Assembly (NCBI GenBank): GCA_000002435.2
Contig: CM018789.1
Reading direction: 5' to 3' (one strand)
DNA: 64,000 bases
Source of the DNA: Giardia intestinalis
Taxonomy: Eukaryota
The position numbers and the translations under genes are program-made. Shown here in pieces: positions 17,676-27,132 of the stretch. Within the stretch, counting starts at the first letter, position 1; every line of letters begins with the position of its first letter. Under the pieces are notes generated by a model, which saw only the letters and a list, made by a program, of their open reading frames with translations, was not told where the DNA came from and did not search any database.

Positions 17676-18395
17676 TCAGTCGAGCTCCTCGTCGGTGCAA
17701 GCTGCGGGGCAGAACTTTAGCTGGATTGTCCCTAGGAGTGTCCGCATGTCTTGAGTAAGCACGTCTCGGCACCGCGTTTTTATCAGCTTGATCCCTTTAA
17801 GAGACTGCTTTTGGGCGACCAGCACTGAAAGGCTTGCTACGTCAGCTAGAGACCCACTATCGCCAGAGTAGGCTTCTGTGATCATCTTAGCTAGACGCAA
17901 GTTCCCAGCGGCAAGGGAATGAAGAACATAAAGGCAAAATGCCTTCTCTGTTTTCATCAGTAGAGGATTGAGATAGCACCCGCGAGCGGCTGTGGCGTAC
18001 TGTTGGTCGGGAGGGAGATACGGGCCAATCCACGAGAGAAGGTCGGGTCCCATGGGTACCCCGGTGTTGGAAAACCAGGTTTCTATGGCAGCACCCAACT
18101 GGTCCACATCTGTTACCTGAATAACTGCAAGCGCCTCAAAGGCCAGTCGTAATCCATCTATAACAACAACTTGATTCTTTTGCTTTGCAAGACACGTAAT
18201 TATCTTCACAACAAGGCCCTTGTACTCGTCCGGGTTCGGGCACTTGTATACCGCAAACATGTGCAGAGCGTTTGTGGCAAACGTGAAGGCTTCTTCATAC
18301 TTCTTTTGGCGCATAAGCTTATCAATGGTGCTGGTTGCTGTGAGGAGAGCCTCATACCAAGAGGATGCATGGAGATGAGCCTCGACCCTATCCAT
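17676..18395 (-). CDS. Hypothetical alpha-helical protein (239 aa); possibly a Get4/DUF410-like fold (speculative)
   Basis: ORF with a clean ATG at 18395. It sits head-to-head, 22 bp from the next gene. The helical repeat character is vaguely like Get4, but no diagnostic motif was recognised. Confidence 0.55.
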   Translation of the reverse strand: MDRVEAHLHASSWYEALLTATSTIDKLMRQKKYEEAFTFATNALHMFAVYKCPNPDEYKGLVVKIITCLAKQKNQVVVIDGLRLAFEALAVIQVTDVDQLGAAIETWFSNTGVPMGPDLLSWIGPYLPPDQQYATAARGCYLNPLLMKTEKAFCLYVLHSLAAGNLRLAKMITEAYSGDSGSLADVASLSVLVAQKQSLKGIKLIKTRCRDVLTQDMRTLLGTIQLKFCPAACTDEELD

Positions 18396-18417
18396 TTATA
18401 ATTTTAAAGATCCGTCC
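18396..18417. promoter_or_regulatory. 22-bp A/T-rich divergent region between two head-to-head genes
   Basis: ttataattttaaagatccgtcc lies between the start codons at 18395(-) and 18418(+). Confidence 0.5.
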
Positions 18418-19770
18418 ATGCTTGTCAAAGTAATGTTTGGGGCCACCCACGACCCCAACATTCTATATTTAACAAGAACACAGCTCGATGACAATGTCCT
18501 TGTCATTAAATTAGAAGATAACAGAGTCTTACTGATAGTGTCTGAGAACGACTTTAGCCGCGCATGCATCAGGTGTAGCCACGCACACGTGATGCAGCAC
18601 TTAGATTTCGAGGAAAGATGTTCGTCCGTCTCCCAAATTATTTACACCATCTACAAAAGATATGGCGGTACTTCCATACTGATGCCCTTCACCTTTCCGG
18701 TGGGCCTGTTTGTTAAATTGAAAGAACTCTCACCATCTATCCCAATGACCATAGTTAAGAATCAAGCTTTTCTAATAGAACGCTTGCGAAAAACACCCAT
18801 GGAGTTACAATACATTAAGGATGCTGTCAGAGCTGCCACTGTTGCATTTTCTCTTATTGAGGATGTTCTTCGCAGGTCAGTCATCGAACTGGACCCCGCT
18901 GCTGGCTGCATTCCAAAGACCGCAGACAAACCTGGCTCTGTAGCCTTTCCTATTTTCACAGATACCAACTCTACTCGATCCAAACGTCTCTCTGAATACC
19001 CTCAAAGCTCCCATGAAGCACAGTTCATCCAAAACGACAAGGTCCCCACAAGTCAATACTCAGGCATTTCTGGCATGGAGCCCGAAGGCCTGGAGACATA
19101 TGTTAGCATAGACAACTGCAAATACATTTTAAAGGACACAAAGACAAACGAGACAGTGACAGCTACTTATCTCAAGAACATGGTGCGCACGGAGATGGCG
19201 AGGTTGGGCTACTTTCTGGAGTCGTGCATAATTGCCTGTGGAAGGCAGGCATGCGACCCGTCTTGCCACGGGTACGGGGTCCTACGTCCCAACGAGTTGA
19301 TTGTGTGTGACATTTATCCCAGGTGCATAGAATCAGGATACTACGGTGATATGACGCGTACATTCTTGAAGGGCACCCCTAGCCCCGACCAACAAAAACT
19401 AATGCAAACTGTGCTACATGCACAGAGCATGGCAATACACGAAATTATACCGGGAAAACCATATAGAGACCTGAACAAAGTGGTTAATGACCTCTTTCTT
19501 TCCATGAACTACACAACGAAGAAGGTAGGCTCACACTGGCAAGGGTTCTGCCACGGACTAGGGCACGGGGTCGGCCTAGAGATCCACGAACCGCCATTCA
19601 TAGACGGTGAGGAGACATCCGATGTCTGCACTGTGGGCACAGTCTTTACCATCGAGCCTGGACTTTACTATCCGAGCATTGGAGGCTGCAGAGTTGAGGA
19701 TGTGGTGGTTGTAACTGAGGATGGGGCCGAGGTACTAGGGAGCTATAGCTACAATTGGATAATTCCATAA
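18418..19770 (+). CDS. M24-family metallopeptidase (Xaa-Pro aminopeptidase / prolidase-like), with a creatinase-N-like N-terminal domain
   Basis: C-terminal metal-binding signature HGLGHGVGLEIHEPP...VFTIEPGLY...GGCRVEDVVVVTEDG. Confidence 0.85.
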   Translation: MLVKVMFGATHDPNILYLTRTQLDDNVLVIKLEDNRVLLIVSENDFSRACIRCSHAHVMQHLDFEERCSSVSQIIYTIYKRYGGTSILMPFTFPVGLFVKLKELSPSIPMTIVKNQAFLIERLRKTPMELQYIKDAVRAATVAFSLIEDVLRRSVIELDPAAGCIPKTADKPGSVAFPIFTDTNSTRSKRLSEYPQSSHEAQFIQNDKVPTSQYSGISGMEPEGLETYVSIDNCKYILKDTKTNETVTATYLKNMVRTEMARLGYFLESCIIACGRQACDPSCHGYGVLRPNELIVCDIYPRCIESGYYGDMTRTFLKGTPSPDQQKLMQTVLHAQSMAIHEIIPGKPYRDLNKVVNDLFLSMNYTTKKVGSHWQGFCHGLGHGVGLEIHEPPFIDGEETSDVCTVGTVFTIEPGLYYPSIGGCRVEDVVVVTEDGAEVLGSYSYNWIIP

Positions 19771-19827
19771 GAGCCTGTGAATGTCTCTAGAAGCAATAAA
19801 TTTCTTTTGGTCACTTCCTTTGTGAAG

Positions 19828-21621
19828 TTATTGTTGCGTTACTATGGTAAGTGGTCCCCCTGGGCGAGTGCTGTTGTACGGTTGTTTCTTTCTGAACTGC
19901 TGGCCGGTGGAGGATACTGTGTGAGACGGGCATGCTTGATAAGCCCTGGCCAAACTCAAGGATCCATCACTCCACAAGATGCAGATCCCTTCACACTGTC
20001 TCTGGCTCTCATTTTGGAAACCACAGTACAGATATCTATAGAATGCGAACGATATGATTTGTGATCCAGGAGACACTTCCGGAGACGTGTACGCCTTGTC
20101 GATGCGCATAAGAACAGGCTGGGACTGAGCACCGATGCGTTGGGGGTGCACAGAAAAAGATCGCCGAGGACGTGGTATGGAGAGTGTATAAAAAGCTGTG
20201 CTATCCCCGTTGCGGCATAGCATGTGAAAGCTTCGCGTCGAACTAAAATTGGTACTTGATAACTGAAGCATAGCTGGAGGAGCTAACCCTAGCTGTCCTG
20301 CAATAGGGCATGGGAGGCTAAACTGGTAGAAAGGTATGCCTCCACCGTGAATATCAGTAGCAATCAGAGAAGAAAATGAAACATCGAAAGCGAGGATCCA
20401 AAGTGCGTGCTTGGTTCTTGTTGCAGACGACCAGCACAGAAGCCAGGACCCATCATCACTCAGGGCTAAAGGATCCTTTGCTGGATAGAGTGTGTCCAGA
20501 GTAATTCCAGTGCTTCGGTTGATAAATGGTAAATGCCAAATCCTCAAGAAAACCACGTCCTGGTCATCATCAAGCCCCAACGAGTTATCTCGCAAATTAA
20601 TTAGAAACGTTATGACTAAGATCTCCGGTTGCATTGATTGCATCGGCTGCATCGTTGCTGTGCTAACACAGATCTTGAGAAAGGATGCTTCCTCATACAG
20701 TTTTAGTTGGTTGCATGATAAGCTATAGGGCCACACATCAGGATGAGAGGATTGACATTTTGATCCCTGCAAGTGTGCCTCCCGGAAGAAAGAGGGTGCC
20801 CCGTGGTCGATTGCAGTTGTAATGGCAAAGATTGGTTGATTCAGCACATATTTATATGCATGGATACTTGACGAAAGCTCCAAAGGCTCACTACTATAAT
20901 CTAAACTTAAATTAGAGTTGGATGCACTACTGTTCTTAAGCATCATACTAGAAACTTCATAGAGAATAATAAACGAAGGAGATGAGAAATATTCCCCCCT
21001 CTCTGGGAGGTACCGTACACCATATCCAGCAGCAATCGTAATCACGTACAGGTTTTCGGTCTTATGAACGGTCAAGCCGTGCAGAGGGCCGGGATCTGCT
21101 GACTGCTTTCTAGCCAAGCATACTACCTGTGCGTGGACAGGCCCTATGGCGCCGGTGATTTGAAGTGCGTAGATGGCTGTTGTGGTAGAGTAAAACAGAT
21201 AGCTATCACAAAAAGCAATCGACGTTACCATGGCATCGGAGAACGTTGGAAGCAACAAACTGTTGTATTGGCTATCCGCTTCCGAATTTCTTTGTGCAAT
21301 GTTCCGAAAGAGCACCCTGTTTCCGCCGTTCCAGACCAGTACATAATCACCAAATGAATACACAGCCAGGGCTGACTGGTCAACAAAATGAGTGCTCAGT
21401 ATTAGCCCCTTTTCCTTCTGCGCATGTGCCTGCTGCTGTTGCTGTTGAAAACGAAGCCCGTTGTGGGGTGTGTAAGGAGCTATCTGCTCTTCTTTTTCAG
21501 GCCTAGCCTGATGATGCTGAATCATAATATGTAGAGGTTCATGAGTACGAAGATCTTTGTGAAGCTGCCCAGGGCCAAACAGTCGTCTATTGCGCGGAAA
21601 GCCCCGCCTTCCATAGCTCAT
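19828..21621 (-). CDS. Hypothetical protein (597 aa), possibly a beta-propeller-like fold
   Basis: Long ORF. The start codon at 21621 is followed upstream by an A/T-rich tract (tttttcattgttcaattatcttgctcaattg). No recognisable domain. Confidence 0.55.
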   Translation of the reverse strand: MSYGRRGFPRNRRLFGPGQLHKDLRTHEPLHIMIQHHQARPEKEEQIAPYTPHNGLRFQQQQQQAHAQKEKGLILSTHFVDQSALAVYSFGDYVLVWNGGNRVLFRNIAQRNSEADSQYNSLLLPTFSDAMVTSIAFCDSYLFYSTTTAIYALQITGAIGPVHAQVVCLARKQSADPGPLHGLTVHKTENLYVITIAAGYGVRYLPERGEYFSSPSFIILYEVSSMMLKNSSASNSNLSLDYSSEPLELSSSIHAYKYVLNQPIFAITTAIDHGAPSFFREAHLQGSKCQSSHPDVWPYSLSCNQLKLYEEASFLKICVSTATMQPMQSMQPEILVITFLINLRDNSLGLDDDQDVVFLRIWHLPFINRSTGITLDTLYPAKDPLALSDDGSWLLCWSSATRTKHALWILAFDVSFSSLIATDIHGGGIPFYQFSLPCPIAGQLGLAPPAMLQLSSTNFSSTRSFHMLCRNGDSTAFYTLSIPRPRRSFSVHPQRIGAQSQPVLMRIDKAYTSPEVSPGSQIISFAFYRYLYCGFQNESQRQCEGICILWSDGSLSLARAYQACPSHTVSSTGQQFRKKQPYNSTRPGGPLTIVTQQ

Positions 21622-21806
21622 TTTTCATTGTTCAATTATCTTGCTCAATTGTTTTGCTCAACTGCTGGCCAGGGAGGTGGTCTGGCTTAGCTATCCCACG
21701 CCATCAGAGGACCCAGTACAACTGACTGTGTGGGCACGTGTCCGCATGTGAAGCTGCAAGGTCGCTTCGTAGGTGAAGAGTGTCCCAAACCATTTACACG
21801 TAGCCA

Positions 21807-22259
21807 CTATGCAAGGAGCTGAAATATTTCCTGCACGGGGTAAAAGCTGTATTGCTGTGTGTAAACCAACTGGGCACCAAGGGTTATAGTAGATGAAAAA
21901 GGCGTGACCTTATGCCCACTATCGACGGATCCTTGGATTAGAACCTGATAGAATTGCATATTAGGCTCCTTAGCCATTGGAAAAGTGATAGATGAGGTTA
22001 CTGCATCTACGGAAAATTTAGCGTTTTTAGCGCCGTAAGTCTCTGCTCTGTGCTTGTATGCGCTTTCTAACGTGTTGTACAGTACACCGTTGTCCACGAG
22101 AATGTACCCCAGCTGCTTGTTGGGGTGTTTCTGAAAATCTAGCATGTGTGGTAGTCTATGAAGGGTATCGTGGTTTAAATTGGAGAGCCAATTATAATAG
22201 GACACGACCCAGTAATATATTAGTGATTCGAGCACGCTTCCATCGTTGACAGAGGCCAT
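21807..22259 (-). CDS. Hypothetical small protein (150 aa)
   Basis: ORF occupying the gap between flanking minus-strand genes, with a 27-bp spacer to the next gene. No recognisable domain. Confidence 0.45.
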   Translation of the reverse strand: MASVNDGSVLESLIYYWVVSYYNWLSNLNHDTLHRLPHMLDFQKHPNKQLGYILVDNGVLYNTLESAYKHRAETYGAKNAKFSVDAVTSSITFPMAKEPNMQFYQVLIQGSVDSGHKVTPFSSTITLGAQLVYTQQYSFYPVQEIFQLLA

Positions 22260-22286
22260 AAGGCTTTTTAAAATGCGACAGAAGAT

Positions 22287-23399
22287 TCACTTGCTTCCCT
22301 CAAGGATTGACAGCTTAACTTGTAGTACGGCGTTTTCTTTGTACATTCTAAGAAGGTCTTCACCCAATAATCGTGAGTTCTCCATCTCAACCTGCAGTTC
22401 GCTGGAAGCGTTTGAGGAAGCACTTAGAGATACAACCGAGGCTCTACTAGTAGCTGCCAATTTCTCCCGCAGCAAAAGGTTTTCCTTTTCTAGTACCGAT
22501 ACTCGTTTGCGAAGCTCCATCAGTTCGGTTACCTCTGCCTTTGGAGTGGAGGACTCTTCATCATCCGCTGCATAAGAACTAAACCGAGACGCGGCCTTAG
22601 ATGGTTGCTTTTCCTGTGAAGCACCCATTTCCGGGCACAACTCAGCTTTGGGTGTGGGGTATCGTATTCTTCCCTTGGGAGTCTCTGGGATAGTGATGGA
22701 TAGAGACCCGTTGAAGAGCTTGCGTGCAGACTTCTGTGAGGCCCTGTGTTGTTTCTTCGCCTGTGCGCTGTCATCGCCAATGAACTCTGTACATTCTCTG
22801 TGAACTGCCTGTTCTTGCTCTTCTTGCATTTGCGCTTGCTCTTTGCGTATGGCAGCGTCGGCGACAATCTGAAGGTAATTGGAAATGTCGTCATGCCCAT
22901 TGCGCTGCGCAATGTCTGCAGAAGCCTGCACAACGCTAAGTTCATAGACGCTCTCGTTCAAAAGGTACTCGCAAACGTCTTTGTGCCCACTTGCCGCTGC
23001 ATAGTGCAGGGCCGTAAACATCATGTAGTCGTCGCGTGCACCAATAGCAGGCAGCAGCACCTTGCATACCTCCAACTTTCCGGCCGAACTGGCCAACATA
23101 AGCGCGTCCACGCCTGTGCTAGTGTATACATCCTTTTCTGCGTCAAGAACAACGGAGACAACGTCTAAGTAGCCTAGTTGGGCGGCTATCATAAGTGCAG
23201 TATGCTCCTGGCTCTGCTGCTTACCGCCCTCGAACGGGAGTAGAGCCTCGACAATATCTGCACGATTTTGCCGCGCAGCTTGATGGATAGCGTATTCTGA
23301 ACCATCCAGAGGCTTTCCAGCATATATGCGTGCCAATTGGCGAATAAGCGTCGCGTTCATCACGCGCACAGCATTTAGCCAGGCCTGACTCACAGTCAT
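22287..23399 (-). CDS. Ankyrin-repeat protein with a C-terminal coiled-coil
   Basis: ANK units (TALMIAAQLGYLDVVSVVL; ALMLASSAGKLEVCKVLL; TALHYAAASGHKDVCEYLL) followed by a Glu/Gln/Lys-rich heptad region. Confidence 0.8.
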   Translation of the reverse strand: MTVSQAWLNAVRVMNATLIRQLARIYAGKPLDGSEYAIHQAARQNRADIVEALLPFEGGKQQSQEHTALMIAAQLGYLDVVSVVLDAEKDVYTSTGVDALMLASSAGKLEVCKVLLPAIGARDDYMMFTALHYAAASGHKDVCEYLLNESVYELSVVQASADIAQRNGHDDISNYLQIVADAAIRKEQAQMQEEQEQAVHRECTEFIGDDSAQAKKQHRASQKSARKLFNGSLSITIPETPKGRIRYPTPKAELCPEMGASQEKQPSKAASRFSSYAADDEESSTPKAEVTELMELRKRVSVLEKENLLLREKLAATSRASVVSLSASSNASSELQVEMENSRLLGEDLLRMYKENAVLQVKLSILEGSK

Positions 23400-23416
23400 T
23401 TTAAGGGCGATTTCTA

Positions 23417-24229
23417 TTAAATATTTAGACCACTCGGGTCTAGCAGGCTTTTAATATGTTGGTGAGCGTTTTCAATACTTGCCAAGTGATAGAACGTTAG
23501 AGTTACGCCATCGTCGTTTGGATATAGCGTGGCGTACTCAATAGCGCCCAAGGGATAAATGATATAGTCACAATCCTCTGGGTTAGATAGCGATTTGGGC
23601 TGGGACCGCCTTGTAGCAGCTGTGAATATTTCCCGGGGACGCGGAAACTTGACGCACGGACAGAGGAACATTACGTTGTACCACGGAGTGCTCCGCCCAA
23701 CTCGACAGCCAGCCAGATTCTGCGGAATAGGGAGGCTGGGCCTTCCTATGCTATTGGCTTCGGTGAGAAACTGGCGGAGCACATCTAAGGTATCTATGTC
23801 ATGCACTATTGTTATCTGAGGGTACTGCTGCTGACCATTTAGATGTGTATTATCATACTGTATGTACCTCGGAGTCTCGTCTTTCATATACGGGTGCGGA
23901 GGCCTGGGATTGCTTGAATATGAGCCGTCGGCACTGACTGCCTTCTGGGGCCCTGCGGTACCCTGTGAGATATAGACGAGAGCTCGAATTCCCTTGCTCG
24001 AGAGACTCAAGCGGAGTGCTGCAGACAGCTGATTCCTTCCGCATTGGTAGGGCTTGCAGTGGTAGACCGTTGTTCCAAGAACATGCCAACTTTCGGCACC
24101 CTTGCTACCCCGGTCCAAAGACTCTATATAGGACCTTCCTTCTGTGCTGTTGAATGGCAGATCAAATATGTCTATAATATCCAGGCCTATAATTTTGGGC
24201 TGTAGGTTAGCAGCAGAACGCGTTTCCAT
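23417..24229 (-). CDS. Hypothetical protein (270 aa)
   Basis: ORF with good start context. No recognisable domain. Confidence 0.5.
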   Translation of the reverse strand: METRSAANLQPKIIGLDIIDIFDLPFNSTEGRSYIESLDRGSKGAESWHVLGTTVYHCKPYQCGRNQLSAALRLSLSSKGIRALVYISQGTAGPQKAVSADGSYSSNPRPPHPYMKDETPRYIQYDNTHLNGQQQYPQITIVHDIDTLDVLRQFLTEANSIGRPSLPIPQNLAGCRVGRSTPWYNVMFLCPCVKFPRPREIFTAATRRSQPKSLSNPEDCDYIIYPLGAIEYATLYPNDDGVTLTFYHLASIENAHQHIKSLLDPSGLNI

Positions 24230-24284
24230 GGATTCGTTTTTTGCGTCACCCTGCCCAAGTATACTTGATTGTTTGGACGGCTCG

Positions 24285-25112
24285 TTATTGTGGTGAGCTC
24301 ACGGGTCTTAAAAGTGTCAAGGTCCAGTTCCCACTGTCGAGTACACAGTTGCTAACATGAAACCCTGCCTTTTCTGCGTCTTCAAGGGCTTCGTCTCGGG
24401 AATACAAATGGTAATAGCGTTGAACGCTTAGCGTGGGATTCTTAAGCGATGACTGTTTGCCTGCCTCTGGCGTAAATATCTCTGTCATAGTGATCTTGTG
24501 ATACTGGTTTCCCGTTTGAGAGCGCCAAGGTATCAGTGCTTCAGAGGGAAGCTCCTTCTCTCCTTGCTCCCTTGCCCACAAGGTGACTAGTGCTTTTCCT
24601 GCTGGCCGAAGGATGCGATATATCTCTACGAAAGCCTGTTGCCTGCGCTCTTGAGCCGACAAATGGTGTATGACGGCGATGCAGATAACAGCGTCCACGG
24701 TCTCAGAAAGTATTGGTATGGAGAGAATGTCTCCCCTGAGGATAGCAGCAGAGTTTCCATGATTCTCAATTGCCTTTTCCAGTAAACCTTGCATGGCTAT
24801 GGTGCACAAATTGGACGAGTAGTCAATCCCAAACTCGGCAAACCCAGGGCATAAAAGCATATTCCGACCGTTGCCGCAGCCACAATCCACTAATATGGTT
24901 CCAGAATTCAGGGATTGACAAAACTTTAAGACCGCAGGCCATGTCCTGGAGCGTGTATGACTGAAATGCCCGGCAGTCGCTTCATAAACTTGGTGCACAT
25001 ATTTATTTTCGTGATCCTGATGGTCTTCTATTACCGGCGCCGGGACGACCTTCCTAAGTGCGCAGGGAAGTGTACTCATCTGCAATTTTAAAAATGTTGA
25101 ATGAGGAACCAT
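24285..25112 (-). CDS. TRM9: Class I SAM-dependent methyltransferase, TRM9/ALKBH8-MT-like (tRNA wobble-uridine carboxymethyl methyltransferase)
   Basis: VDCGCGNGRNM (motif I); DAVICIAVIHHLS..ERRQQA..EIYRILRPAGKALVTLWAREQ, typical of the Trm9 family. The real start may be the internal Met at 25079. Confidence 0.75.
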   Translation of the reverse strand: MVPHSTFLKLQMSTLPCALRKVVPAPVIEDHQDHENKYVHQVYEATAGHFSHTRSRTWPAVLKFCQSLNSGTILVDCGCGNGRNMLLCPGFAEFGIDYSSNLCTIAMQGLLEKAIENHGNSAAILRGDILSIPILSETVDAVICIAVIHHLSAQERRQQAFVEIYRILRPAGKALVTLWAREQGEKELPSEALIPWRSQTGNQYHKITMTEIFTPEAGKQSSLKNPTLSVQRYYHLYSRDEALEDAEKAGFHVSNCVLDSGNWTLTLLRPVSSPQ

Positions 25113-27130
25113 TTACAACGCCCACTAAGCACTCAGTTGTGGCAGCAAGATGCTTGCGAGACAAAATTATCGTTGTCACAGCACGAACCTTTTTCTTTAT
25201 CTCTGCACACAACAAGATCAAAGCAAGTCGTCATACCCCTTTACCGGTCTCTGATGCAGCCCGTATTCTCAGCTGTATATTCCTAGCAGATATGCTTGTT
25301 GCAGCATGCATAGAGGATAAGGGCGCCTGCTTTTTCGGTCTTTTGTGCCTAGACACACAGACCATGATCGCTTCATCCCCAGAATTACCAGGCTCTGTCC
25401 ATGCTAACCGAACATTCACTGCGTTTGGGATGAACAACATTGTCGTGTTTGCTTTTCTTAGCCGTGCTGGCGTACTCACCATTTGGCCATCAAAAGGGGT
25501 TTTTCTTGAGCCTCTTCTTTTCCAGTACAAGTATACTGCTATCACTCACATCTTCTCGTCCATTATAGCACTAGGTACGACTACAGGCCAAACTATCCTT
25601 GTTGATGTCAACGGAATGAAAGTTTTACGGACCCTGGAGCCCTATCAGCATGCAGCTGTTCCCTCCAAAGCCGCTGATCTGGGGTTAGTAAGCCGCTTCT
25701 CTATGATGTCTATGACCAAGCATCTTCCTCGTCCTTCCCTATCGACTATTGACGACCCTACGGCAGAATCATCTGTAGATAACGACGACATGGATATTAG
25801 TACTAACAACCTTACCTATGTTAACGCTTCCAGAGAGCTCTTTCTTCAATCTATCCTGGACCCGTCCAGCTATGTTGAGGAGAGTGATATCTTTGTGGAC
25901 GAACTTCCATCCAAAGGTGCTAGAAATGTAAGACACATTGTCCACATCTGCTTTAGTGAGGAAATCAATGTGCTGGCAAGTATGTCCTCTGGACGAGTTA
26001 TCTTTTATTACTGCTTGGAGAGTCGTGCAGCGTTCCCAGTATTATTCTCTACTTATCGTGCTGCATGCATATCTCCTGGAAAGAGTGGCTTTTTAGTCGG
26101 CGATGATTATGGGACAGTTTTACATGTAATCTTGGGGAAGAATCGAGTATTCAAGTCTATGTCTAATTCCATAGAGCATTCAGTATTGCGCTTCCCCCCG
26201 CTTATCAAACTAGCTGGTTGTGCCCACATGACGACTGCTGCCGTAAGCCTCCTAACTTCATCGGATGCAGTGATTTTAACAGGTTGCGGCCGATCCCTAT
26301 CTGTTTGTTCATACAAGTTCCTGCAAGATAAAATGAAGGAGGCATCAGCAGATTTCCTCCGACAGTCTTTGTGCCTTGCTTATGGACCTGCCTTTATAAG
26401 CAAGTGTTTCATAACGCTTAACGGGTACATCACGGCTTTGACATCAGAGGCGGCAGAGATGCATCTACTTGCACAAATAGAAAAGGATCTAGCAATCGTC
26501 TGTGAAGAAAAGGATCCTGAAACAATGGATATGCGCACTGCATTACAAGCGACTACCGAAAGCATTAATTCTAGTCTTACGACGTCTCAGTTTTCTCTTC
26601 AGACTAGTAAGTATGAGCCGCAGGAACAGAAAGAATACGGCATGGGCAGTGCCACCATCTTTGGAGAGCAGCTCTTTGAGCGAGCCGTGAAGAATAACCT
26701 TAGAGATCTGTATCGTTTACTTGTAGCTTTTGATGTCAAGCAGCCTTTCTTCTCTAACATATTGATAGGTAAGGATGACCGTTTAGAGTTCATCAAGCAT
26801 ATGTTTGCGTTTCAGAACACATTACAGGAAAACCCCATGGACGAAATAGTTCAGTTAAAAGCCCTGACAAATGCTGACTCAGAGCTATTAGCATCTACCA
26901 TTGTGCGGATCAGGAGTGCAATATGGAAGGCTTATTCAGACATCATAACAATCTCTTACTTCTTCGGTTCGCAGCTTCAGCAAATCCGGAGCATGCTTGT
27001 GTCCATGACCAAGACGGTGAAATCTTTAGGTAATTCCATCATTGGTGCTGCATATCAAGCACAACTGCATAATATAGATCCAGATCGGTTCGATCAGATG
27101 GTAGAACAAATACAGGGCCATATCAACTAA
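25094..27130 (+). CDS. Hypothetical protein (~680 aa)
   Basis: Long ORF. The track start at 25058 overlaps the divergent TRM9-like gene; Met at 25094 (MLNEEPF) was chosen instead. No recognisable domain. Confidence 0.55.
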   Translation: MLNEEPFTTPTKHSVVAARCLRDKIIVVTARTFFFISAHNKIKASRHTPLPVSDAARILSCIFLADMLVAACIEDKGACFFGLLCLDTQTMIASSPELPGSVHANRTFTAFGMNNIVVFAFLSRAGVLTIWPSKGVFLEPLLFQYKYTAITHIFSSIIALGTTTGQTILVDVNGMKVLRTLEPYQHAAVPSKAADLGLVSRFSMMSMTKHLPRPSLSTIDDPTAESSVDNDDMDISTNNLTYVNASRELFLQSILDPSSYVEESDIFVDELPSKGARNVRHIVHICFSEEINVLASMSSGRVIFYYCLESRAAFPVLFSTYRAACISPGKSGFLVGDDYGTVLHVILGKNRVFKSMSNSIEHSVLRFPPLIKLAGCAHMTTAAVSLLTSSDAVILTGCGRSLSVCSYKFLQDKMKEASADFLRQSLCLAYGPAFISKCFITLNGYITALTSEAAEMHLLAQIEKDLAIVCEEKDPETMDMRTALQATTESINSSLTTSQFSLQTSKYEPQEQKEYGMGSATIFGEQLFERAVKNNLRDLYRLLVAFDVKQPFFSNILIGKDDRLEFIKHMFAFQNTLQENPMDEIVQLKALTNADSELLASTIVRIRSAIWKAYSDIITISYFFGSQLQQIRSMLVSMTKTVKSLGNSIIGAAYQAQLHNIDPDRFDQMVEQIQGHIN

Positions 27131-27132
27131 CG

